This document shows positions 25,711-37,800 of a stretch of DNA of 64,000 nucleotides, in pieces (position 1 is the stretch's first letter; each line of letters begins with the position of its first letter). Below the pieces are notes generated by a model. The model was given only the letters and a program-made list of their open reading frames with translations. It was not told the DNA's origin and did no database searches. The translations under genes and the position numbers were made by a program. The DNA comes from Nymphaea colorata. Taxonomy: Eukaryota. The stretch spans positions 29,698,001 through 29,762,000 of the forward strand of contig NC_045138.2 in NCBI RefSeq assembly GCF_008831285.2, written 5' to 3'.

Positions 25711-26811
25711 ATGGCACCGATTGCAGTAGGCAACTCCCTTCCGGATGGAACCATCTCTTACTTCGACGCCGATGACAAGCTGCAGGAGGCCACCGTCCAT
25801 TCCCTGACCGCGGGGAAGAAAGTCATCCTCTTCGGTGTCCCAGGAGCCTTCACGCCTACCTGCAGGTCTGTGATCTCATCCTCCCGCATATCCTGATCCT
25901 CTGTTACGTAGCCGCGCGCCTAGGTGCCCTGCTCCCCATGCATTAAGTTAGCTTCCTCGAGAAGAAATCTCCAAAGTTCTTTATCATTATTAATAGATTA
26001 TTATTAATGAAATCAGCTTGTTGGTTTTGTTGGCATTTTGCAACTTGTAAAGTTTCAGGTTTTCTTTGGTTGAAACTTCCAATCTTTATATTGACCTTTC
26101 AAAATAAACCAGTTTAGGAATCCATTTTCATGCCTAGATCCTTGTAGATTACATCAGAATTCTGAAAGTGGATTTTAAAATATTTGATTTCTGTGAGCTA
26201 ATTGATCAGCTTGCACTGTTTCCTTTTGTTCCTTTATGAAACAGTCAATTGACTAGATCTGTTGATTCTACAGCTTGCAGCATGTGCCTAGCTTCATCGA
26301 CAATGCTGAGGAATTGAAATCAAAGGGCATCGATGAAATTTACCTCATCAGTGGTACGCAATGAAGTTTTTCTATTTGTTGATGATCCCTGTCTAAGATG
26401 ATTCTGAACCAGTTAGACATGCTTCTTAACATTTTCTTGATGAAAATATGCTTGCATTGGTTGTGGTTTTTTGCTTGAATTTGATATCTTCAATTAACTG
26501 CTGTCTGGGTATTTGGATTTGTTTCCTGAACTCATCTGCGGGGACGCTGTTTTGCAGTTAATGACCCCTTCGTGCTCAAGGCTTGGGCTCAGACGTACCC
26601 CCACAACAAGCATGTCAAGTTCCTTGCAGATGGGTCTGCTGCTTATACTCATGCCCTTGGCCTTGAGCTTGATCTCACTGAGAAAGGGCTCGGTGTCCGC
26701 TCCCGCAGGTTCGCGCTCTTGGCTGATAACCTGGAAGTAAAGCTTGCCAACATTGAAGAAGGGGGTGACTTCACCATCACCAGTGCTGAAGACATCTTCA
26801 AAGCTCTCTAG
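25711..26811 (+). CDS. PRXII: Type II peroxiredoxin, cytosolic (PrxIIB/C-like). Exons 25711-25865, 26274-26353, 26558-26811
   Basis: [14 protein letters not shown]...[25 protein letters not shown]...[11 protein letters not shown]...VKFLADGS...[12 protein letters not shown]...[16 protein letters not shown]. No transit peptide. Confidence 0.96.
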
Positions 26812-27135
26812 ATGTGTGCCATCTATGCCATATTTGCCTTTAGTGCTCTCTATCATTCTTTTGCTCAATTAGACTTTGCTTTGTTTTTCTATTTAGCGCA
26901 TGGCAATGTTATTTCGCTAAGCGATGCTGTTTTGCTGTTGAACATGATTCTTGGAGCCATGATTGAACTCGTTCCGATGTTCGATTCAATTCCTTACAGT
27001 GTCAATCTTATTCTTCTTGTTAAGTTCAATCACTGTCGAGAAGCTGAGTAACTTTTAAAACAGAGTTGGCTTTTCCCACTGCTTACAGGAAGCCCCAGAA
27101 CAACATGTTTAATATGCACACACACACACACACAC

Positions 27136-27176
<41 letters not shown>

Positions 27177-27279
27177 ACCGTCACAACGAGAACCAGAGGC
27201 AAGTACTGCTTTAATTCCAGAAGGTCGTCAGAATGAAAAAAAAAAAGTGTTATTAAATTGAAATGTGATAAATTGGACT

Positions 27280-28515
27280 TCAATATTTACTGGGCATGGA
27301 CATCCATTGCCTGCCGAGAGCCACAGCCTCCAGAGTCCCCTTCTTTCTGATATCCACCACTACAGCCGAAAGCTTCCCCTTGTGTTTCAAAGCTCTAGAC
27401 TCGATCTCCACTTCCTCCTGCATCAATACAATATTTTCGATTATTTTTCATTCAATATGCTCAGTATAAAACAGTACAATCGACAGGGGAATGCACAGAT
27501 CAATTGGTGCATTCTTAGGTTATTCAAATCAGCTGATATATTTACTGCAATTGATCTAATCCAAGGTTCTCAGTTCTTGTCTGTGGTCAGATACATGCCG
27601 AAAGAGATGCAGTCTTCCTTACCCCAAACTTTCATCCTTAAACTACGCGTTATAAATTGATATTAATGTGATTGGAACCATTCATCATCGGCTATTAGCA
27701 AGGATTTTATTTTTAGCTTATATCACTGGAAAGTGTATAAAATGCATGTCAATTGTATATAAGAAAAGGATGGTTGTAAGTAAATATCAAGTAAAGATTC
27801 ATAAGTTCCAGTTTTCTTGAAACCATGCACAAATGGAGCTAGAGAGATCCCTTCACCCATGGAATCGGCAGAAAGTGGAAGGGCTTTAAGAACACAATTT
27901 CATAAGCACAGTAGCTGTTGCAACTCACAAAGGAGAAACGACTCGCCCTCCATTTTTGTCAACTTCTAGCCTTTGCTCAGCCCTAAATGAACTGTTGACT
28001 TCGACATATTAAATAAGATTTGATACCAACTGTTGAATCGAGTAGTTGAAACTTATAGCTGCATTAGTTAAAATTAGAATCCGCCATCGGACAGCGTAGA
28101 CGTAGGAAGAAAGAGGGAGAGAGCTCACCTCGGCTGAGACGTCCAAGTAGTAAGAAATTGACAAGTCAACGGAGATTTTGATTGGTAGATCGCACGACAT
28201 GATGGCAACGGCGCTCATGGCGTCGATCAGCGTCGCCATGGCTCCTCTGCTCCACTTTCCCTCATCGTCCTGTCATCCCCAACAACCAAAACCGTGAGAC
28301 ACAGAGTGAGCGAGAGAGAGAGGGAGGGAGGGAGAGCATACAGTGAGTATTTTGGGCACGGGGAGAGAGCAGACGAAGCGGCCGGGCTCTGTACGATCGA
28401 ATCTCAGGCCGGTGAGCGCGAGATACTCGTTTGTCCCCTCCCTCTCTGGCAGGCTTTTCATGGATTCTAGCCACATCCTCGCTCTCTCCACCGCGTCTTC
28501 AGCTCCTGAACGCAT
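27280..28515 (-). CDS. ACOT13: Acyl-CoA thioesterase 13-like hotdog-fold protein, copy A. Exons 28515-28342, 28269-28129, 27417-27280
   Basis: MRSGAEDAVERARMWLE...GLRFDRTEPGRFVCSLPVPKILT|DDEGKWSRGAMATLIDAMSA...SVDLSISYY...|EEVEIESRALKHKG...VALGRQWMSMPSKY*. All introns are phase 0 GT-AG. Confidence 0.88.
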
Positions 28516-29849
28516 ACTTCTTCTTCGCCGCTCGACTCCTCTGTCCTCTTCCTTTCGTCCTTTCTTCTGCTGCACAGCATCAAAGGCTATTGATACGACG
28601 AAAAATGACAGGCATTAAAACAGCAGTCTCGCCCTCCCCACATTAAGAAAAGTTGTCCAAATCCTTCGGTTTCCCTCTGCAGCAGGGGCGGGATCAAAGG
28701 ACGAGGAATAACCGCAGGGGAAACGCCGGAACCGTAATGGCGGAACAACTTCTACACAAAAAATGGCGGTAATCGTCCGTCGCTGAAGAAGAAGAAGACG
28801 CTGTTGGGACTTTACAACCAGTTGTCGGTGAGTTCCCACATGGTTTAGCATATGTGCACGTGAATGGTATGGCTTAGTACACTCCTAGTTTATTAGTTTA
28901 GTGGAGCAGTTGTGGAAATTAATAATAAGTTATTAATTTGTTCATGATTAGAAGCAACTAAGAAGTTAACCTCTGCTAATGCAAGTGGCAAAGTCATCCC
29001 TGCTTTTGATTTAGTGTCAGAGTAGTGTTGGCGTCAAATTTGCTAATTAAAGCAAAATATTCCTTCCCATGAGATGACATAGATTACAGTAGAAAGAATG
29101 GAAAATAATGAGTTAATAGAATGACATACAGGTAATTTCAGATTCGAATCTGAATCTCAATTCATAATTCGAACCTGATTTTTATATTTACATTTTAATC
29201 CCAAATCGATTTTTAAACTGAATCTGAGGCAAATTACAGTGTTAAACTACAACTTTCAAATTTTATGGACACTAGATATAGCTAGGATATTTGTTTATAC
29301 TAAATTTGATTCGAACCTGAAATTGAATTCAAATTCAAATCTGACTGAATGTTGACTAAAATCTAAATCTAAATCCGATCCAAATCAAAGCCCCATTTGA
29401 TGTTATTTTCTGATCCAATTTCATAATCAAATGTCAAAATTTTTTTCCACCTGATTTTTTTTTAAAAAAAAACGGTTTAGTTGTATATCAGATCTAGATG
29501 GGATTTATTGGCATCATATCTTTGAACATACGCTACTAGGTTCACTTTTTAAATTTATGGCTCCTTCATTCATGGCCGAACTGGTCACCTAACGGTCTGG
29601 CAGGGCAAAACCTTATTTTCAGTGGAATCGTTCCTTCTAGGAATCATTTTCCCGAAGAAGACTAATGCTCTCATCAAGTTTTGCCTTGGCCATAACAACT
29701 TCACGATGTGACGATGGGCATGCAACAGGACCTCAAATGGAGTCATTATGTTGCGTATATTGTTGATCTGACTCAAGCTCAATACGAATCTGGCGAAGAT
29801 GAATACACACTGAAACCACAGGCTTGACAGGATGATGACCCTTGCAGTG

Positions 29850-30090
29850 TGGTTTTTGGTTATGATATTTTCTTGAATTTGATATCTTCAAGTAACTGCT
29901 GATCATTCGATTCTCTCCAAAGTTCTCATGTGCATGTAGATATCAATGCAGTTGACAACTCTTTTGTGTTGAAGCCATGAGGGATACCGCCACACCAAGC
30001 AGGTTAAGTTTTTTGCAGATGGTCTTGTACCTTATACACTGCCCTTGGCCTGAGCTTGTTCTCTCTGAGAAAGGGTTTGGGTTCGGTTGA
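29850..30090 (+). pseudogene. Degenerate type II peroxiredoxin fragment (end of intron 2 plus part of exon 3)
   Basis: TTGAATTTGATATCTTCAAGTAACTGCTG matches PRXII intron 2. GCAG|TTGACAACTCTTTTGTGTTGAAG...TTTGCAGATGGTC...TGCCCTTGGCCTGAGCTTG...CTGAGAAAGGG matches exon 3, with indels and a stop codon. Confidence 0.85.
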
Positions 30091-30326
30091 TGAGCAGGTA
30101 AACGGTCTCTGTCATTTTTGGGCTTCTAGGGGTAAAGCCAAGTTGGCTCTTTATTGTATTGAATTCTGGTTCAAGTCTTGTTTTGCATCTGGTGCATGGC
30201 AATGCCGTTTAGTTGAAAGAGCACCGCAGTGTTACTATCGACAATGGCTTTTGAAGTAGTGCAATTCAACTTTTTCAGATAGAAGACCGCTAGATGCAGT
30301 TCCACAACGGATGGCAATTTCTTTCT

Positions 30327-31830
30327 GCCTGTTATAAGATCTGTTTCTAACAGAAGTTTTAGAACTGAGTTCTTTTTACACCACTGCATATTAAAGGCTC
30401 TCTAATTCGAAGGTGCGAGCTGCACAATGTTTGTGAGTGAAGAAAAAGATAATTCAGTAAACTTTATTTCTTTTCTAATATTTTCTTTTTCACCATGGTT
30501 TTTATGTTGAAGCATGTAAAGATGGGTCTTGAAACCGGGTCGGGGTCTAGAGCCGATCCAGCTTGTAGCCCTTGTTGGGCCTTACTTAAAGAGTTGTAAC
30601 CCTAATTTCTAAAGTGAATGAAGTTTTAAGAGAGAGAGAGAGAGAGAGAGTCTGGCGGCTACTGGGCACCAGACCTTCTCACCCGTGGTTTTTTCTCCCT
30701 CTCGTTGAAGGTTTTCCATGTTACATTCATGTTTTTCTCGCTTTTACTGTTTCTACATGGTATCAGAGCCGTGACTAGTTTGTGAAAATTTTTGCCGGCC
30801 GTGAAGTTCTAGCCCTGATCTTTCCATCGCTTGCTGTTCTTATTCCGCCGCGCTGCCGCCGCCTCCGCTTCCATTGTTGCTGCCGATTCCGGCTACTCTT
30901 GCTGCTGGTTTCTGGCTGCAGCCCAGCTCACGCCCGTCGTGCTCCATCGCCAGCGCAGCTCCGCCTTCTCTACTGTCGCCCTAAGTCCCCATCGCTCAGC
31001 ATCTGTCAGCGCCTAGCGTCGTCCATCGCTCAACACTCACTGTCGCCCGCCATTTTGTGCTCCGTTGTTGTTGCCCGAGGCCTGTTATAAGATCTGTTTC
31101 TAACAGAAGTTTTAGAACCGAGTTCTTTTTACACCACTGCTTATTAAAGGCTCTCTAATTCGAAGGTGCGAGCTGCACAATGTTTGTGAGTGAAGAAAAA
31201 GATAATTCAGTAAACTTTATTTCTTTTCTAATATTTTCTTTTTCACCATGGTTTTTATGTTGAAGTACGTAAAGATCGGTCTTGAAACCGGGTCTGGGTC
31301 TAGAGCCGATCCAGCTTGTAGCCCTTGTTGGGCCTTACTTAAAGAGTTGTAACCCTAATTTCTAAAGTGAATGAAGTTTTAAGAGAGAGAGAGAGAGTCT
31401 GGCGGCTAGTGGGCACCAGACCTCCTCACCCGTGGTTTTTTCTCCCTCTCGTTGAAGGTTTTCCATGTTACATTCATGTTTTTCTCGCTTTTACTGTTTC
31501 TACATGGTATCAGAGCCGTGACTAGTTTGTGAAATTTTTTGCCGGCCATGAAGTTCTAGCCCTGATCTTTCCATCGCTTGCTGTTCTTATTCCGCCGCGC
31601 TGCCGCCGCCTCCGCTTCCATTGTTGCTGCCGATTCCGGCTACTCTTGCTGCTGGTTTCTGGCTGCAGCCCAGCTCACGCCCGTCGTGCTCCATCGCCAG
31701 CGCAGCTCTGCCTTCTCTACTGTCACCCTAAGTCCCCATCGCTCAGCATCTGTCAGCGCCTAGCGTCGTCCATCGCTCAACACTCACTGTCGCCCGCCAT
31801 TTTGTGCTCCGTTGTTGTTGCCCGAGGCCT
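30327..31830. repeat. Tandem duplication, unit 753/747 bp, junction microhomology GCCT
   Basis: GCCTGTTATAAGATCTG occurs at 30327 and 31080. Both units end in TTGCCCGAGGCCT. The length difference lies in the (GA)n run. Confidence 0.95.
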
Positions 31831-34800
31831 CCCTTGCTGTTTGCCGTCGTCTGATGTGTGTCGGTTGTCGTTGTTCTCTTCCTGCCCGTGAAGCCCATAG
31901 AGATCGGTCGCACTGATTTGTCAGTTCCCTGCGTCACCACCTAGCATCGTCCTGTCTGCTGTTCCCGGTTGTCGTTTGTTGTTCCTTCTTTGTGCTTGTT
32001 TCTTGGTTAGGCCTTTTTTGCTTTGGTGAACCCGATGTGGTGGCGGATTCTCATATGGGGGAGTCAATTTTTGACAGTGGTGCTACCCACCACATGACTG
32101 GCGATCCTAAGGTCTTTCATGGGTATAAGCTTTCGTCAAGAAAGGAACAGGTGTCTCTTGCCGATGGTTCCTTTATTTCTATGGCTGGAAAACAGAGTCT
32201 CTCACTTTTGAACAAGTTCTTAGTCCATAATGCTCTACATGTTTCTCATCTTCCCTTGAACCTCTTGTCGATTAGCAAGATTACAAAAGAGTTGAATTGT
32301 GAACTTATTTTTTCTGCTGATCGCTGTGTTCTGCAGGACTTGGTGACATGGAAGAGAATTGGGATTGGTTTGTTTTCTGAATGGCTATATCATTTACCTA
32401 TGAGTGCCGCTACTGCCCTCATGACAGCCGCCAGCAAAACAACGAAGAGTAGAGAGGACTCCCTTTAATCGATTCTGCGTTGGCATGAGCGCCTTAGACA
32501 CCTTCCTTTTGGAATTCTAAGACAGTTATTTCCTGATCTGTGTTCTAGGTTAGATATGACTATGGTGTCTTGTGATGTCTATCACCTGACCAAACATGTT
32601 AGGGCTTCATACCCTGTGTCTACCCATCGTTCTAACGAGGTGTTTGTCATGATTCACTCTGATGTGTGGAGGCCTTTAGGAATTCCTTCTTGTCATGGTT
32701 TTCAGTATTTTATCACCTTTATAGATGATTGTTTTCGTAACACTATTGTTTATTTGCTGAAAGACTGTAGTGAAGTTCCTACTGTCATAGAAACTTTCAT
32801 TACTTATGTACAAACTCAATATGGAGCATTTGTTAAGACCTTTCGGTCTGACAATGCTCATGAGTATACATGTACGTCTGTTGATAGCTTCTTTTGGAAA
32901 AAGGAAATTGTTCATGAAACTTCTTGTAGTTATACTTCTCAAAATGGAGTTGTTGAACGAAAGAATCGCCAGTTACTGAATATGACTCGGGCACTTCTTT
33001 TTCAACATCATGTTCCAAAATATTGGGGGGATGTTGTGTTGATCAGTGCATATCTAATTAACCATATGCCTAGTCGTATGTTGAATGGGCAGACGTCTCA
33101 CTCTATGTTGCCGGGGAGTTGTTAACCTTTCTCTCTTCCACCTAGAGTTTTTGGATGTGTTTGTTTTATTCACAATCACAGTCCTAATATTAAAAAGCTT
33201 GATCCTAGGTCAGTTAAGGGCGTTTTTATAGGTTATTCCCCAGGATATAAGTGTCGAGACCCTTCCACAGGTCGTGCCTATGTTACCAAAGATGTCACCT
33301 TCCTGGAACATGTTTCATATTTTGGTAGGAATTCTCTCCAGGGTGAGAGGTCTACAATGAGAGAAGAATATTCTTCCAATCAAGAGATTCAGTTTACAGA
33401 TTTTTTGGAATACAAGAAGGAAGAGATTGAGGTTACTAACCCTCTAGGGCACAATGAGGATGATGGATGTTCAACTGTGGATAAGGAGGGACATGACCAT
33501 TTGTTTGGACAGGTTTACTCTAGGCGAAAGTCGCCTACCGCAGGACCCACTGATGAAGCTGACGAAGCGATGCCCTCTGGTGACAAAAATCCTACTTCAA
33601 ATCCTAATGCTACTCCTTTCCTGGATGACCCAAGTCATGCCCAAGAGATGTCAGTTGAAGGTACTCAGGTAGAGGCTAAAAGTAAAGATTTACCCATTGC
33701 TCTTAGAAAGGGTGTCAGGTCATGTACTCAACACCCTATTGATAATTTTATATTTTATTCTAGACTGAGCAATCTTCTCTTTCTTTGGCTGTGATTCCCA
33801 AAACTGTTGCTGAAGTTCAAGGTGATTCCAAGTGAACTGATGCGATGCAAGAAGAAATGGAAGCCCTGAGAAGAAATATGACATAGGAAGTTGTAAAGAT
33901 CCATGAGACAGCTCACTTGGTTGGATCCAAGTGGGTCTACACCATCAAATACAAACCAGATGGAAGTGTTGAAAGATACAAAGCTCGTCTTGTGGCCAAA
34001 AGGGTTTAGTCAGAAATATGTGATTGATTACTTGGAGACCTTTGCTTTACTTGCAAAAATGAAGACAATTAGAGTTGTTATCTCCCTAGCTGTGATGAAG
34101 GAGTGGAGGATGTACCAACTGAATGTTAAGAATGCATTTCTCAATGGCGATCTCGAAGAGGAGGGGTATATATATATATATGCCCTCATGATATGAAGAA
34201 CCAGAAAAATATTGTAAACTAAAAAAGGCTTTATATGGTCTCAAGCAATCGCTCAGAGCATGGTTCGAACGACTCAAACGAGTAATGCAACATTATGGCT
34301 ACAATCAAGGGAATGGAAACCATACTCTATTTGTGAAGAGGAAAGAAGGGAAAGTCACTCTGTTACTTGTTTATGTGGATGACATGATTGTTACAGGTGA
34401 TGAAGATGATGAAATCACAAAGCTAAAAGTGTTACTGGCTGCCGAATTTGATCTCAAGGATCTTTATAAACTGAAGTACTTTCTTGGTATTGAGATTGTT
34501 AGGTCCAGTACCAGCCTTATGTTAAATCAATAGAAATGCACACTAGATCTATTGGAGTAGACCGGTAAGCTGGGGTGTAGACCAACTTCTACTCCTCTTC
34601 ATGTTGGGCACAAGTTGAGCATTAGAGATGGGGAGTTGCTCTGTGAAGTAGCCAAATGAAGATATCAACATCTTGTTGGGAAGTTGATTTATCTTACCCT
34701 TCTCGACCAGATATCACTTTTGTTGTGAATGTACTGAGTCAATTTATGCATGCTCCGACTGATGCACACTTGAAGGTTGTGGACTTGTGCTATTTGAAGA

Positions 34801-37800
34801 GGAATCCTAGCAAGGGGCTCTTATATGTGAAACAAGAGTTTGTTGAAATCGAAGGGTATTTCGATGCTGACTGGGCAGGTTGTGCTGATACTAGAAGGTC
34901 TACCTCAAGGTACTGTGTCTACTTGGAAGGAAACCTTGTTATTTGGAGAAGCAAGAGGCAAGATGTGTGTTCTCGATCTAGAGCAGAGGCTAAGTATAGA
35001 ACTATTGTTATGGGAGTGTCAGAGTTACTATGGCTGAAAATATTGCTAGCTGATATTGGGATAGAGATTGGAGGACCTATGAAGATATACTGTGACAACA
35101 AGTCTGCAATCAACCTAGCCAATAACCCTATACTACATGACAGAACAAAGCATGTTGAGATTGATCGCCACTTTATCCGTGAGAGGGTTGATGCTAAAGA
35201 GTTAATCTTACCTTACATGAAGTCTGAAGACCAAACCACTGATGTTTTGAATAAAGCTCTATCTTCAACTTCTTTTAAGAGAAATGTATCCAAGTTGGGC
35301 ATGTTTGATATGTATGCCCAACTTGAGGGGGAGTGTTGAAGCATGTAAAGATGGGTCTTGGGACTGGGTCTAGATCTAGACCTTATCCAGCTTGTAGCCC
35401 TTGTTGGGCCTTACTTAAAGACTTGGAACCCTAATTTCTAAAGTGAATGAAGTTTTAAGAGAGAGAGAGTCTGGCGGCTAGTGGGCACCAGACCTCCTCA
35501 CCCGTGGTTTTTTTCTCCCTCTCGTTGAGGGTTTTCCATGTTACATCTGTGTTCTCGCTTTTACTGTTTCTACACTTTACAACTCTATATATAGTTTACA
35601 AATGAGATAACTATGGTAACAACATTAAAGGATATCAATACGAGATTCAAAGGATTTTTTGTTTCTAAATTGTGAATTTGATTATAACTGAAGACTCATA
35701 ACCACTTGCTATATTTTAGTCATTATCTCTTTTCCTTGACTTGAGGGATTTCCTTAACATGATCCCTCAATCTGAATGGGGGCTCCACAACATTCAACTT
35801 GGTTATGAAATTTCCAGGATTAGAGTTGAGTGCCTTTGTTAAGCCATCGGCTAGTTGTTCACTCGTCTGAATGAATTTAATGTGAATATGACTCTTGCTA
35901 ACATGATCTCGTACAAAATGGAAGTTGACTTCAATGTGTTTCGTGTGTGCGTGAAATGCAAGGCTATTTTGCAATGCATAATGCTCCAAGATTATAACAC
36001 CATAGTATAAGAGGCTGAATCACTTTTTCTTCTGGTTCCTGAAGTAGAGATTTTAGCCATAAACTTCCCTAGCAACACATGCAAGGGACTTGTACTCAGC
36101 CTCCATGCTGAAACAAGCACATTATTACCTAAAAATGTGACAAATTTCATAGTTGATTTTCAATCCTCTAAAATTCTAGCCCAATCAGCATCAGTGAAAA
36201 TGCTAAGCTGCAATGATGGAGAGGGAACCAATTGAAGAGAATAGTGACTGGTTCCATTAAAATATCCTAGGATTCGCTTCACTATAGTCCAATGACCAGC
36301 TAAAGCTGCATGCATGAATTGGCATGCCCGGTTGATAACAAATGCAATGTCGGGTCGTGTAAGGGTAGCATATTGCAAGGCCCTAACTATGCTATATCAT
36401 GAAACAATTGGTCATCTTGTTTTTCAGTGTTAATTAAGCTCTTTGGAGAAATAGATGCTTTGGATGCACTCATGTTTGCTCGGGAGATAATATTTTTGAT
36501 ATATTGTTGTTGACATAGATATAGAGCATTTGCTTTTCGAGTGACTTCGACTCCAAAAAAATATGATATTTTCCTAAATCCTTGATAGAAAATTCTTGCC
36601 CAAGCTGCTGAATTATTTTGGAAATACAAGTGGAAGAGGACCCAGTAATGATAAGGTCGTCAACATAGACTAACAAAAATAATCTTGCTTCTCCTTTAGT
36701 GTAGATAAAGAGCAAAGGATCGGATCGAGAAATTTGGAATCCAAGATTTTGTAGATGACAAATAAGTCAAGGATACCATGCTCTTGGTGTCTATTTGAGG
36801 CTATAGAGTGATTTGTCAAGTTTGCAAACATGGGTGGGATGTAGAGGATCAAAGAAACCATCAGACTAGGTCATGTAGACGTCTCCATCAAGATAGCCAT
36901 TTAAACATTGTTAGAGTCTAGTTGATGTAGATCCCATTCAAATTGCATAGCCATGGTAAGAAGGACTCTGATTGTCATGGGTTCAATAGTGGACTAAAAG
37001 TCTCTTGATAGTTGATGCCAGCTTCTTGTAAAAATCTCCGAGCGCAACTAGTCGGGTTTTATATCAAGTGATGGAACCATCTGCATTGCGTTTGAGTTTG
37101 TAGACCCATTTAGAGCTGATAACATTGTTTTCTGGTAGAGGTGGAATGAAGTGCCACGTTTGATTTTGTCGAAGCGCAATGAATTCCTTGAGCATTTCTT
37201 GCTGCCATAGTTTGGTAGAAGCTTCATTCCAAGACGTGCGTTCCTTGGATTCGATTGCTCCAATAAGCGCCTTGGGAGTTAATGACCCAGTCATTGATCG
37301 AGTTGTCATCGTGTGAGTATGGCAAGTTGGTCTTGAGATATGTAGATCAATCTCTTTGTTATAGGTTGTCTCATGTAGAAATGCTTGTGATGGCGATGGT
37401 TATTGATCTTGAATATTGGAATCTGCATTATCTTCACCAAACTGGAGATGTTGCAGCCATATTGAAAGACAATAAAGTTAGTTGAGTGGCTGGAGCAATG
37501 ACGTTGAGATCTTGATCCTGAGAACTGAATAAATAATGTTAACATTAGGTGGAACAATACCTTAAGGAGGCAGGTGTTCAATACGATCATCATGTTTATA
37601 GACTACAATACTTTTTGTTTTTTGATCCATAGTTCAAGTTTTTTCTGCATCGTCTTTGGGTAGTGAGACCTTATGAGAAGAAGGATTTTCAAAGGGTGCT
37701 TCATCAAATGGCAGGTCACAATAATTTATTTTCGACTTTCATCAAAGTAGAGATATCCTTTTTGTCTATTAGCATATTCAAGGAAAATGCATTTAACAGT

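Noticed and set aside
30782..31891. Twin ORFs MKIFAGREV/MKFFAGHEV as a duplicated small gene
   Set aside because: They are the GC-rich retrotransposon leader inside the 753-bp duplication and start at GTG.
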